64,000 bases of DNA from Ostrea edulis (lineage: Eukaryota), in contig NC_079171.1 of the NCBI RefSeq assembly GCF_947568905.1, forward strand, positions 42,408,001-42,472,000, in the 5' to 3' direction. Shown piece after piece: positions 34,801-46,700 of the stretch. Under the pieces are notes generated by a model, which was given only the letters and a program-made list of their open reading frames with translations, made no database searches and had not been told where the DNA came from. The position numbers and the translations under genes were made by a program. Within the stretch, counting starts at the first letter, position 1, and the number at the start of each line of letters is the position of its first letter.

Positions 34801-37800
34801 GTTGCGTCTTTTATTTACCTTCAGTATGTGTAAGAGAAAATAAACACGAGCTGGCGGTGTTTTTGTTCACTTGAAAGATTTCTGTTGAAGGATTTTAATG
34901 AAGACTCGTACCGGTACACTGACATGAACATATAAATTTTTCGAGCCTTGAATGATCATACCGAGTCAAAGCTGTGATGACAGTTGCCAGGAAACAACAG
35001 GTGAATTTATCATCATAAAGTAAATAGGCTTATAATGTTTTTCGCTTCCAATATCATTGAACTTTTATAAATTCGCCGTGCAGAAGTTGCAGACGGTATT
35101 TAAAACTATATAAAATGAAACGACAGAACGGTGTGTTTAATGTTTCTCTTTTATGAATTGATGAAATTATTGTTTGTTTACAAAATACTCTGTATAGATA
35201 TCCTGTTGCGTTTGTTTCTGTTGTGATGTCATTGCAGTGGCGGATCCAGGGTTTACGAAAGGGGTGGGTGAAAGTCAAGTATTAGCCAAAATACTCAGCC
35301 ATTGTGGGTGCCAATAAGGAATTTCATTCACACTATTTCTATAATTAAATTTATGGCGAAAGGAGGGGTGGGGGGTCTAAATCCCCCACTGCAATGCATA
35401 AGCAAGAAGCCAGGTGAAAGTGCAGGAACTGACTTTTGAAGCGGTGATTGTATTCATACGCAAAAACAAACTGATCACGTGACCAAATTCATGTTGCACG
35501 AAATTGAACATTAATTTCATTAGTACTGTCACATAAGGAAGTGCATTGGCAAATGTAAATATAATTGCATGAATTCTTAGAGAGCTATTCTATATCGTCA
35601 CAATGGCTGACTTCCTTTTAAAACATAGACGAAAATATAAATATCAGCAATATTTTCTATTCAATTTTAATATCATTGAGTAGCTCAGTGGGTCAGCACG
35701 TCGACTGCTGAACTGTAGATCGCGGGTTCGAGTCTAGGGAACTTTTAATTTTTTTCAGATCACATTCTACTAAAACTGCATTATTTTGTTTTTACAACGT
35801 AAATTTTGAAAGTTTTTATTTTCTAAATATTGTTGCACATATCCCCCACTTTTCATCCATTTCAAATTTCTCAGACGTAACATTCTTCCTTAAAGGCCTG
35901 TCAAAGAATCCCCATAACATTTTTCATTAGTGTTATCGGAATAAGAGTGTTAAGCCCCGGGATATCTTTACTGCAGGCTGTTCGGTGGAGGAGTAAATCA
36001 AGTTGATCCAAATTGAGACAGATGTCAAATGTGTTTGAATTAATTATCGGGATGAGAAATTATTGCACAATTTTCAGAAATGATTTAGGACTATTGTCGT
36101 GGGGTTATATTTGAAATGGAAGGTGTAGGTCAAAGCGGATCTTAGCGTAATGTAAATCAAAAATGTAAAGATAACGACCAGTGCTCAATCTCATAAGAAG
36201 AGAGAATCGAGAAAAAATTTCTTAGAAAATCTAGAGGTGGGATGTGGTATCCAGCAGAAGTAAATATTCAAAGTATGACCTATAAAGGCAATGGGACCCT
36301 ACATATTTTCGGTGCTTTTAATCAGCATTTGGATTGAACTTTTAAACGTTGGTGGACATTTGTCTCAAGGCAATACAGTATACGAGTGCGAGTACCACAC
36401 GTTGGTATCACTATCGTTAAAGTAAAAGCGTGCCACTTCACTTGATCGAGCGTGCAAATTTCACTCAATGATTGGCCCTATAGTTCCAATAAAATAGAGT
36501 ATGGATGACACGCTATGCGCATTTTTTTTTTTTTTCAATTTGATTGGTCACTGATGACAAACGCAAAACTGGAGGCTATAAAACGTTTACCGTACTCATA
36601 TAAACTCATTCATTTTTATTTTGACTACAACTCTGAGCAAACCTATTCGAAACATACTCAAATAATTTTGAGTATGTACTCTATATGAGTGTGAGAATGA
36701 TTTTACACAAGTTTTATAATCTTCACTTTTGAGTATGTGCACGATTTTGAGCACAGGATTTGAGTATGAAAACGCGCTCCAACAAGTTTTATTACCTCCT
36801 GATCTGCTTCATTAACATCTATTAGAAGCCTCGATAAACGATTGTACGCTCGATCAAGCGTCGTGTCATGCTGATAATGAAATGATATTACTAGTATATT
36901 CTATAACAAAAAATGACTTGACATGATATAGAATTTTCCAATCACTGATAAGATAATTAAGAGCAATCATTTTCTTCTTGTATTATCGTCTGTATCATAT
37001 CCGTATACTCAATTAAGATTTGCAGTTTGGTTGCTGATTTTGAGAACTTTTTCGGAGACCCATCTCCACGTACGTTGTATACACACAATGGTTAAACCAA
37101 CGAATACAAGAAAGAACGAGCTAGCAAAACACTATATCCCTGCCACAAATATTGTAGAATTACATCTTTTGATATAGCGAACTTCCCATGGTTTGAGAAA
37201 AAAGCGGTACTTTGGTTGCAGTGTTAAGATTCCTTGGAGGAGTTGTCGTTTTATAGAAGAACACGCTTCTGTTTAAGGAGGAGAGTAACTGATAGCGGTG
37301 TCCATGTCGATTAAACAACGAGATTTTACAGAGATCTCACCTATGCCACACAGATGGGTATTGCATGGTGTGCTGTCGGGACTCGTGTGGTTGCCGTCTG
37401 TACAACACTCGTAGCAATTCGTGATGTCTCTCTTCCCGAGCACGTGATCATGACTGAGGCCGCTTATTACTTTGCAAATCTGAAAAATCCTGCCATTTTA
37501 TTCCATCCTCATACAATGTGGACAATAATTTACTAAAATACTAATACTTTATCAGGAGACAAAATACCATACAGACAACTTCTGGATACAGAGTATATGT
37601 TTTCATGTTGAAATTAAAAGATTGCGAAAAAATATTATACATGCTCTATACCAACTAAGATCGTTTGATACCCGGATTAGATTATGGCTCGCAGCACCTC
37701 TTTGCTGACGAAAGTTTCCAAATCCGATTTGTTCAAAGAGCATGCTTTTTTTAAACGAAAAGACCACATGCATGTCCTCATAAGATCTGACTCCGAGTTA

Positions 37801-39331
37801 AAAACAAATTGTGACAACAAACAAGAAGAAAAGATGAAAATAACAACATTCAAACAAAGATTGAAGAACTTTACCGGTATATGATAAAGGTTTTATTTGC
37901 CAACATGAGTTTGCAATAGTGATTTAAGTTCAAAATAACGTTATTTTAGTATTTGCTTTTAACCCAAGAAAATGAATACCAAATATAAATACATGCGAAA
38001 GATAAAAATGACTTATTTTAGTCCATGGTTACTCTTTCAATATCAGATAAATAATCGACTTATTGTACAGAGAATCCTACAAGCTCAATAGTGCTGATTC
38101 TGAGAGGGCTAGATGATGCCAACGAACAATTTAATTTTTACCTGCATACTGATACAGCCAGCCTCATATATCAAGCTTCCCACGTCTGTAGTCACTTTCT
38201 GAGTGTAGCATCCCTAGAAAAAACATAAAAGAGAACAAAACACATGTACTACCACATGAAAACTGGTGACCCAGATTCAGAGTACGATCTCTCCTATTTA
38301 GAACCATGTTCTATAAATTCCTATTTGATATCTCAAAATGTCGCGTTAAATCGCGAGAAAATACATTCGTGATTTTATTTTGATCAAGATCGAGTCTTTG
38401 CATGTACTTTAGCAATATAAATATAAAAGCGAGTAATTTTAATTCGCGAATGATGCTTCTCGTGAAATTAAGCAGAAAGCCCTCGCATACATTTAGAAAT
38501 TTACAGTATCATTTTCATGCTGGTCACTGGTTTTAATATATCGTTTTGGGGAAATGTAGTGTGCATTTATAAGTATACCAACACGAGGACAATGAATTTC
38601 TAATTCTAGAATAAGTCGCATCAATATACGTCATACCAATATCAATGTTGGTTTCTCCTTATTGATTTTTCTGACGTTTCGTTTTGTTTTCTTATTTTTG
38701 TTTTGTTCTGTGTTGTTGTTGGTATTATTGTTGTTGTTGTTTTGTTGTTTGGGCTACAACAATCATTTGTAGAAATGTTTCGTTTTGTTTTCTTATTTTT
38801 GCTTTGTTTTGTTTTGTTGTTGTTGTTTGGGCTACATCAATTATTTGTTGAAATGTTTCGTTTTGTTTTCTTATTTTTGTTTTGTTTTGTTGTTGGTATT
38901 ATTGTTGTTGTTGTTTTGTTGTTTGGGCTACAACAATTATTTGTAGAAATGTGTCGTTTTGTTTTCTTATTTTTGCTTTGTTTTTTTTTTTTTTTGTTTT
39001 TTTTTTTTTGTTGTTGTTTAGACTACAACAATTATTTGTAGAAATGTTTCGTTTTGTTTTCTTATTTTTGTTTTGTTCTGTTTTATTGGTGGTATTATTG
39101 TTTGTTTGTTTTGTTGTTGTTGTTTTGTTGTTGTTTGGGCTACAATAATTATTTGTAGAAATGTTTCGTTTTGTTTTCTTATTTTTCCTTTGTTTTGTTT
39201 TGTTGTTGTTGTTTGAGCTACAACAATTATTTGTAGAAACGTGCAGTGGTCATGATCTATTTTCTGCTGTTTTCAATTCAACTTTAACTTCGTCAAGTTT
39301 CTCTTGTTAGTCTTCACTACCAGCCTATCAT

Positions 39332-39400
<69 letters not shown>

Positions 39401-40893
39401 GTTTTCCCTTGATCCGGCCCCGATATTTACCTCGTGATCACCGCATTCCACCATGTTGTTACAATCAGTCAGTATGGGGACCCCGTTACAACTCAGACAC
39501 CGCGGACCTGACAATGCTGTAGAGAAATCAAAAATAATAGCACACATTGTAGAGAACAACATAAAGATCAGAGTCAAAAAAAGGGAAAAAAAATACTAGC
39601 CATGCTAGCACACTCTATATTTTTAAAAAGAAGATGCATTGGTATCGTGGAATCGTGAAGAAATCACGAAACGTGTATACAAGCAGTATCTCAATACTCC
39701 GCGTCCTTAGAAACGTGTATACACGCATTATCTCAATACTCCGCGTCCTTAGAAACAAGTATACAACCATTATCTCAATACTCCGCGTCCTTAGAAACGT
39801 GTATACAAGCAGTATCTCAATACTCCGCGTCCTTAGAAACGTGTATACAAGCAGTATCTCAATACTCCGCGTCCTTAGAAACGTGCATACACGCATTATC
39901 TCAATACTCCGCGTCCTTAGAAACGTGTATACAAGCAGTATCTCAATACTCCGCGTCCTTAGAAACGTGCATACACGCATTATCTCAATACTCCGCGTCC
40001 TTAGAAACGTGTATACAAGCATTATCTCAATACTCCGCGTCCTTAGAAACAAGTATACAAGCAGTATATCAATACTCCGCGTCCTTAGAAACGTGGATAC
40101 AAGCATTATCTCAATACTCCGCGTCCTTAGAAACAAGTATGGAACGTGATAGCTGTCTGAAGATGAAGGTGTTACAATATGACGTGATGACGTCATTATA
40201 TGATGACGTGCCTACATAATATATGATGCGTGTTAGCGCTTCATGAAAAGTATGCTTGCATTGAGCGTTGCTGTTCACACTCACATGTATTTTCAAAACT
40301 GATATTTTCATATTCATATTTTACTTTTATTTCTGTCAGAAATACTTCCGTCTGTTAAAAACGTCGTGTCATAGATACACATATTAACTGCCCATTAAAC
40401 ACATTCATAGGGAAATGGCTCTCATTTCAAATGGTAAGATATATATCGGAGGTAGTGTATATATTCAGATATGACGCGTTTGTATTAAGAAATTCATAAA
40501 GAAATTCGATCAATAAGTATATTATATTCTCTTGAGTAAACAGATGAAAAACCAGAAGTTCCACCGCCTTATGGATTAATTAGTGAACTGACCTTAATGT
40601 CAGCAAAATTTGCATATCCCTTTTAAAGATTGCCTAGCTGGGTAGATCAGTTTGTTAACGTGTCGTATGCTGATCAGTAGGTCGTGGGTTCTAATTTTGT
40701 TTTTAATCAATTTCTGCTAAAACTGCATTCTTTTTACTAACTAAAGTAAATTTTCATAGTACCATTGTACATATCATCCTCTTTTCATCCATACCAAATT
40801 TCTCTAGTATGTTATTCCTCCCTTTAAAGATTGCAAGGAAACTCTTCACTTACCTGCTCCAATTACGGATAACAGAATCAAAAGTTTAATCAT
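25805..40893 (-). CDS. Secreted mosaic protein: signal peptide, 2x Ly6/uPAR-like (three-finger), Ig, Thr/Pro mucin-like stalk, 2x ShKT; 457 aa
   Basis: 10 phase-consistent GT-AG exons: 40893-40854 (MIKLLILLSVIGA), 39516-39431 (CLSCNG..DC..ECGDHE), 38213-38142 (GCYTQK..AGCISMQ), 37479-37341 (IC..GKRDITNCYECC..PCNTHLCG), 34182-34094 (CYQCDD..DC..YCGLDE), 33852-33778 (QCFTEK..LGCQRKR), 31448-31340 (VC..CNECCDHDYCNIGLCG), 30704-30586 plus 29453-29300 (Ig: LRC..KW..YGTYTC), 26295-25805 (Thr-rich, CCDTDPRC..CAKTCGLC, CIDTDPRC..CPKACGVC, stop); total 1374 nt. Minus-strand AATAAA at 25747-25752. Confidence 0.88.
27225..28110. mobile_element. Penelope-like element fragments (3' region, then a degenerate RT C-terminus plus 3' region in opposite orientation)
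   Basis: 27480-28110 (+) encodes degenerate ..STSASYLYILLKIDINGKL..YISQLIRYTRACSAYDQFL..; 27225-27430 is the shared 3' repeat in the other orientation. Confidence 0.7.
28965..29192 (-). mobile_element. Penelope-like element 3' repeat
   Basis: GTGAAGATAACGAACAGTGATCAATCTCATAACTCC...CCAAGAACGGCGTAACAATC; related pieces at ~13690-13760, 14130-14190, 32845-33107, 36160-36260, 41310-41460, 41805-42040 and 42690-42860. Confidence 0.7.
30830..31150 (-). mobile_element. tRNA-headed SINE
   Basis: Minus-strand head CCGCGGTGGTCTAGAGGTAGAGCG...GGTTCGAATCC (A and B boxes); its 3' tail is shared with the SINEs at 32455-32717 and 56176-56415. Confidence 0.75.
31412..31735 (-). repeat. 66-bp tandem repeat containing the splice acceptor of gene 3 exon 7
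   Basis: CCTAG anchors at 31448, 31514, 31579, 31645 and 31711 (spacing 66, 65, 66, 66). Confidence 0.9.
31940..32780 (-). mobile_element. Penelope-like element RT C-terminus and 3' end, interrupted by a SINE
   Basis: Minus-strand peptide DITESSTSYSYFDILLSIDINGKLTTQLYDK..FSFSIVNFP..SNIALSPGYGVYISQLIPYTRACSAY joins across the SINE. Confidence 0.75.
32455..32717 (+). mobile_element. 5'-truncated SINE with (AATC)n tail and 13-bp TSD
   Basis: Core GTCGTAAGAGGCGACTAAAT; flanked by TCTATGCTTAATA (32442-32454) and TCTGTGCTTAATA (32718-32730). Confidence 0.8.
33499..33760. other. Assembly gap (262 N) in intron 6 of gene 3
   Basis: Run of N; the exon chain closes in frame without needing sequence from the gap. 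Confidence 0.99.
35235..35391. mobile_element. Small MITE with CAGTGGCGGAT-type TIRs
   Basis: CAGTGGCGGATCC...AAATCCCCCACTG; the inverted symmetry extends into the flanks (CATTG/CAATG). Confidence 0.65.
35577..35889 (-). mobile_element. TTAA-flanked MITE, copy 3 (inverted)
   Basis: Reverse-complement match to copies 1 and 2; contains TAGCTCAGTGGGT...GGTTCGAGTC. Confidence 0.65.
38690..39240. repeat. Low-complexity T/G-rich tandem repeat
   Basis: Recurring GGGCTACAACAATTATTTGTAGAAATGTTTCGTTTTGTTTTCTTATTTTTG with variable GTT tracts. Confidence 0.85.
39668..40138. repeat. 42-bp minisatellite in intron 1 of gene 3
   Basis: About 11 copies of AAACGTGTATACAAGCAGTATCTCAATACTCCGCGTCCTTAG. Confidence 0.95.
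40595..40823 (-). mobile_element. TTAA-flanked MITE, copy 4 (inverted, partial)
   Basis: Shares TTTCATCCATACCAAATTTCTC...TTCCTCCC|TTAA end and the degenerate tRNA-like segment. Confidence 0.55.
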
Positions 40894-42480
40894 TCTGAAT
40901 CTACAATATAAAATACGTCATTTTGAATCAAATACGGAAAATCAATTACGTCAGAGATATCGACATAGGACAAAGGTTATGGCAGAAAATATCTCTTGAA
41001 AATAAATAACCGAAAAATAACACGTTCTTGGATTACCAAACCGTGAGCACAGATTATCCTCTAGAAGCAGAGGACTATGCAAACCCATGCGCACAGCTTG
41101 TCTCGGAAAATTTTCACTATTTCTATATAGCTTTGATTGCCTAAAATTGTTAGATTATCAAAATGTACATTTATGATCAAGCATTGTCTGATAGATAAAT
41201 TCTGCAACTATAAAGTTAAAATAGCATTAAATCGAAGCTGATAATACAACTAACTCACAAAAACATATATCTATCCATTTAATGTTTATGTCCAGGTATA
41301 GGGTTTAGGTGGTTGTGACTGGTCGATAGGGGATGCTTACTCCTCCTAGACACCTGATCCCACCTCTGGTATATTGAGGGGTCCCTGTTTGCCCAACTCT
41401 TAATTTCATATATTTTACGTTATAAATGATCAATGTTCGTTACTTTCACTTTTTCGTTACAAATCATTGCGTGTGATAAAGTGAACGTCTAGGTAATTGA
41501 ATATTTGAAACAAAAATAAAACAATTTACTGCTATTTAGGCATACAACCGACTTCAATGAGGATGTAAATGGGTTATGAATTCGTAATCCTTTTCAGGAT
41601 TCTTTTTTTACAAGTACGACTAAGATAAAAATAAAAGGTTTGACATTTAATCAATGGCATATCACGTCACGAGTTAGCAAGGATTCCTGATTTAATCAAA
41701 CATTGATACAACTTACGGTCTGATTAAGTCAATCAACAGGGATTGAAATACAACGAAAGTACAGCGTTTCTCAGTATTTCGAAATTTTTATCTTACATGT
41801 TTCGTACCGATTGTTAGGCCGTTCTTGGCACACTCATTTTGACTACGGATAACTCCTTTTACCTGATCAGGATATAGGGCGTACGGCGGTTGTGACCGGT
41901 CAACAGGGAATGCTTAATCCTCTTAGGCACATGATCCCACCTCTGGTGTCTCCAGGGGTCCGAGTTTGCCCAACTACATGTACTTTGTATTGCTTATAGG
42001 AGTTATGAGATTGATCACTGATCGTTATCTTCACCTTTTATGTAGTTGTGGGATCTATGTACTGAGTAACTGGTCCTTTGAATACAGTTATCTTCTGAAG
42101 TTGTTTACACCATCAAAGAAACGACACCCCATTTTTTTCCGGAAATACAAGCTTGCTAACTTCAGTTGATCACGGGGTTCTGAATACTATCCAACACTAG
42201 AGGATCTGAAGACTTCCTGGAGAGACACCGCCTAGAGTGTGTACGAGTAGATATTTGATTTTTGACTACGTAAAACTTTTTAAACTTCATCATAAAACGG
42301 TGAGCCCATTTGTACCGATACATTGACCTTAGACCTTGAAACCTATGGCAAAGTCAAGGCCATCCGACATGTGCTCAACTTTGTATGTTTCATATGAACT
42401 TTCACTGGTGATTGGCTATTAAAGGGCGACTTTTGACTACTCTAAACATTTTGAATTTTTCATTGATCTACCTTGAATTT

Positions 42481-42494
42481 GTTGCCATGGTAAC
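42481..42494. promoter_or_regulatory. RFX X-box-like motif
   Basis: GTTGCCATGGTAAC fits the X-box consensus GTNRCC-N(0-3)-RGYAAC; a minus-strand CCAAT lies near 42411-42415; about 1.6 kb upstream of the gene 3 ATG. Confidence 0.3.
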
Positions 42495-42947
42495 ACAACG
42501 AACCTTCTTGTTCTCTTCATTGTCCTATCATGTTAGACCTTTGAATACGATGTCATTAATGACGTTCGTTCATTCTATATATCGGTGCCTGACCATCATA
42601 GACAGACCTGCTTCCAAGCAGTTATCTTCCCTAAAGTTGTCAATTTTTTTTTTCGAAATCCTCAAACCTTTATCATAATGAAAAAGTGGATATAACGAAT
42701 AGTGATCAATTTAATAATTCATATAGATAATACAAAATAGAGAGTGGGACAAACACGTACTCTTGAATATACCAGAGGTGGGACCAGGTACCTAGGGTGA
42801 GTAACGTACCCCTTGTTGACCGGTCACACCCGCCATGATCTCTAAATCTTGATCAGGTGTATATATGTAATCCATTTGACGTTTAACCTTAAAACACAAT
42901 CAACAATGAAAAGTGGCATTTATTACCATTGCCAAATATCGAAATCA

Positions 42948-43340
42948 GTATCCATAGTATTTAAATCAGTATTCATAGTATTTAAATCAGTGTTCATAGT
43001 ATTTAAATCAGTATTCATAGTATTTAAATCAATATTCATAGTATTTAAACCAGAATTCATAGTTTTTAATCAGTATTTAAATCAGTATTCATAACATTTA
43101 AATCAGTATTCATAACATTTAAATCAGAACTCATGGTTTTAAAATCAGTATTCATAATATCTATATCAGTATTCATAGTATTTAAATCAGTATTCATAGT
43201 ATTTAAATCAGAATTCATAGTATTTAAATCAGTATTCATAGCATTTAAATCAGAATCCATAGTATTTAAATCAGTATCTAAATCAATATTCATAGTATTT
43301 AGATCAGTATTCATAGCATTTAAATCAGTATTCATAGCAT
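42948..43340. repeat. 21-bp minisatellite
   Basis: TATTTAAATCAGTATTCATAG units. Confidence 0.9.
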
Positions 43341-43721
43341 CCTTGCCTTTACATGTAAATGAGCATACAACATTGAGACAATATCCTTTGTAATATCTAC
43401 ACAGAGTATAAAAGAAAGAAAATACTTAATCTGTTCACTATAGAAAAGAGTTTGTTTCAAATCAAAATTGAAAACAATAGCATATTTCTTTCACTTTGAC
43501 AGTTTAGGAAAAATATTGAATAATTTCCAATCAACATAGACTCACATCCAGTAATACCCATGCTGATTCCGAGAGAAGATTTAATAGTATAGGCCCAGGC
43601 CCGGATTTCTTGACATGAACTTAAGTCGAAACTTGGACTTAAGTCTGAGAGTTTACTCAAATATTGACTGCTCAAATAAAAGGAAACTCAAACTTAAGTT
43701 GGAGATATTATGAGAAATCCA

Positions 43722-46700
43722 AGCCAGATCTCAGACAGCAGAATCAGGATAACGAACAGTTCTACTATACCGCGAGAATACAGTGAGATCTCAGTCAGCA
43801 GAATCAGGATAACAAACAGTTCCACTATACAACGAGAATACAGCGAGATCTCAGACAGCAGAATCAGGATAACGAACAGTTCTACTATACAGCGAGATCT
43901 CAGCGAGATCTCAGACAGCAGAATCAGGATAACGAACAGTTCTACTATACCGCGAGTATACAGCGAGATCTCAGACAGCAGAATCAGGATAACGAACAGT
44001 TCTACTATACAGCGAGATCTCAGACAGCAGAATCAGGATAACGAACAGTTCTACTATACCGCGAGAATACAGCCAGATCTCAGACAGCAGAATCAGGATA
44101 ACGAACAGTTCTACTATACCGCGAGAATACAGCGAGATCTCAGACAGCAGAATCAGGATAACGAACAGTTCTACTATACCGCGAGAATACAGCGAGATCT
44201 CAGACAGCAGAATCAGGATAACGAACAGTTCTACTATACAGCGAGATCTCAGACAACAGAATCAGGATAACGAACAGTTCTACTATACCGCGAGAATACA
44301 GCGAGATCTCAGACAGCAGAATCAGGATAACGAACAGTTCTACTATACAGCGAGATCTCAGCGAGATCTCAGACAGTAGAATCAGGATAACGAACAGTTC
44401 TACTATACCGCGAGAATACAGCGAGATCTCAGACAGCATAATCAGGATAACGAACAGTTCTACTATACAGCGAGATCTCAGCGAGATCTCAGACAGCAGA
44501 ATCAGGATAACGAACAGTTCTACTATACAGCGAGAATACAGTGAGATATCAGACAGCATAATCAGGATAACGAACAGTTCCACTATACAGCGAGAACACA
44601 GCGAGATCTCAGACAGCAGAATCAGGATAACGAACAGTTCTACTATACCGCGAGAATACAGTGAGATCTCAGACAGCAGAATCAGGATAACGAACAGTTC
44701 TACTATACAGCGAGAATACAGTGAGATCTCAGACAGCAGAATCAGGATAACGAACAGTTCTACTATACAGCGAGAATACAGTGAGATCTCAGACAGCAGA
44801 ATCAAGATAACGAACAGTTCTACTATACAGCGAGATCTCAGACAACAGAATCAGGATAACGAACAGTTCTACTATACCGCGAGAATACAGCGAGATCTCA
44901 GACAGCAGAATCAGGATAACGAACAGTTCTACTATACAGCGAGATCTCAGCGAGATCTCAGACAGTAGAATCAGGATAACGAACAGTTCTACTATACCGC
45001 GAGAATACAGCCAGATCTCAGACAGCAGAATCAGGATAACGAACAGTTCTACTATACAGCGAGATCTCAGCGAGATCTCAGACAGCAGAATCAGGATAAC
45101 GAACAGTTCTACTATACCGCGAGAATACAGCGAGATCTCAGACAGCATAATCAGGATAACGAACAGTTCTACTATACAGCGAGATCTCAGCGAGATCTCA
45201 GACAGCAGAATCAGGATAACGAACAGTTCTACTATACAGCGAGAATACAGCGAGATCTCAGACAGCAGAATCAGGATAACGAACAGTTCTACTATACAGC
45301 GAGATCTCAGCGAGATCTCAGACAGCAGAATCAGGATAACGAACAGTTCTACTATACAGCGAGATCTCAGACAGCAGAATCAGGATAACGAACAGTTCTA
45401 CTATACAGCGAGAATACAGCGAGATCTCAGACAGCAGAATCAGGATGACGAACAGTTCTACTATACAGCGAGAATACAGCGAGATCTCAGACAGCAGAAT
45501 CAGGATAACGAACAGTTCTACTATACAGCGAGAATACAGCGAGATCTCAGACAGCAGAATCAGGATAACGAACAGTTCTACTATACAGCGAGATCTCAGA
45601 CAGCAGAATCAGGATAACGAACAGTTCTACTATACAGCGAGAATACAGCCAGATCTCAGACAGCAGAATCAGGATAACGAACAGTTCTACTATACCGCGA
45701 GTATACAGCGAGATCTCAGACAGCAGAATCAGGATAACGAACAGTTCTACTATACAGCGAGATCTCAGACAGCAGAATCAGGATAACGAACAGTTCTACT
45801 ATACAGCGAGAATACAGCCAGATCTCAGACAGCAGAATCAGGATAACGAACAGTTCTACTATACCGCGAGAATACAGCGAGATCTCAGACAGCAGAATCA
45901 GGATAACGAACAGTTCTACTATACCGCGAGAATACAGCGAGATCTCAGACAGCAGAATCAGGATAACGAACAGTTCTACTATACAGCGAGATCTCAGACA
46001 ACAGAATCAGGATAACGAACAGTTCTACTATACCGCGAGAATACAGCGAGATCTCAGACAGCAGAATCAGGATAACGAACAGTTCTACTATACAGCGAGA
46101 TCTCAGCGAGATCTCAGACAGTAGAATCAGGATAACGAACAGTTCTACTATACCGCGAGAATACAGCGAGATCTCAGACAGCATAATCAGGATAACGAAC
46201 AGTTCTACTATACAGCGAGATCTCAGACAGCAGAATCAGGATAACGAACAGTTCTACTATACAGCGAGAATACAGTGAGATATCAGACAGCATAATCAGG
46301 ATAACGAACAGTTCCACTATACAGCGAGAACACAGCGAGATCTCAGACAGCAGAATCAGGATAACGAACAGTTCTACTATACAGCGAGAATACAGTGAGA
46401 TCTCAGACAGCAGAATCAGGATAACGAACAGTTCTACTATACAGCGAGAATACAGTGAGATCTCAGACAGCAGAATCAGGATAACGAACAGTTCTACTAT
46501 ACAGCGAGAATACAGTGAGATCTCAGACAGCAGAATCAAGATAACGAACAGTTCTACTATACAGCGAGATCTCAGACAACAGAATCAGGATAACGAACAG
46601 TTCTACTATACCGCGAGAATACAGCGAGATCTCAGACAGCAGAATCAGGATAACGAACAGTTCTACTATACAGCGAGATCTCAGCGAGATCTCAGACAGT

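Noticed and set aside
36990-37130. Short hydrophobic minus-strand ORF that might be an alternative TM exon after LU domain 1
   Set aside because: Preceded by an in-frame stop, with no convincing phase-1 acceptor.
39615-40196. 171-aa and 193-aa ORFs on opposite strands
   Set aside because: Translations of a 42-bp intronic minisatellite.
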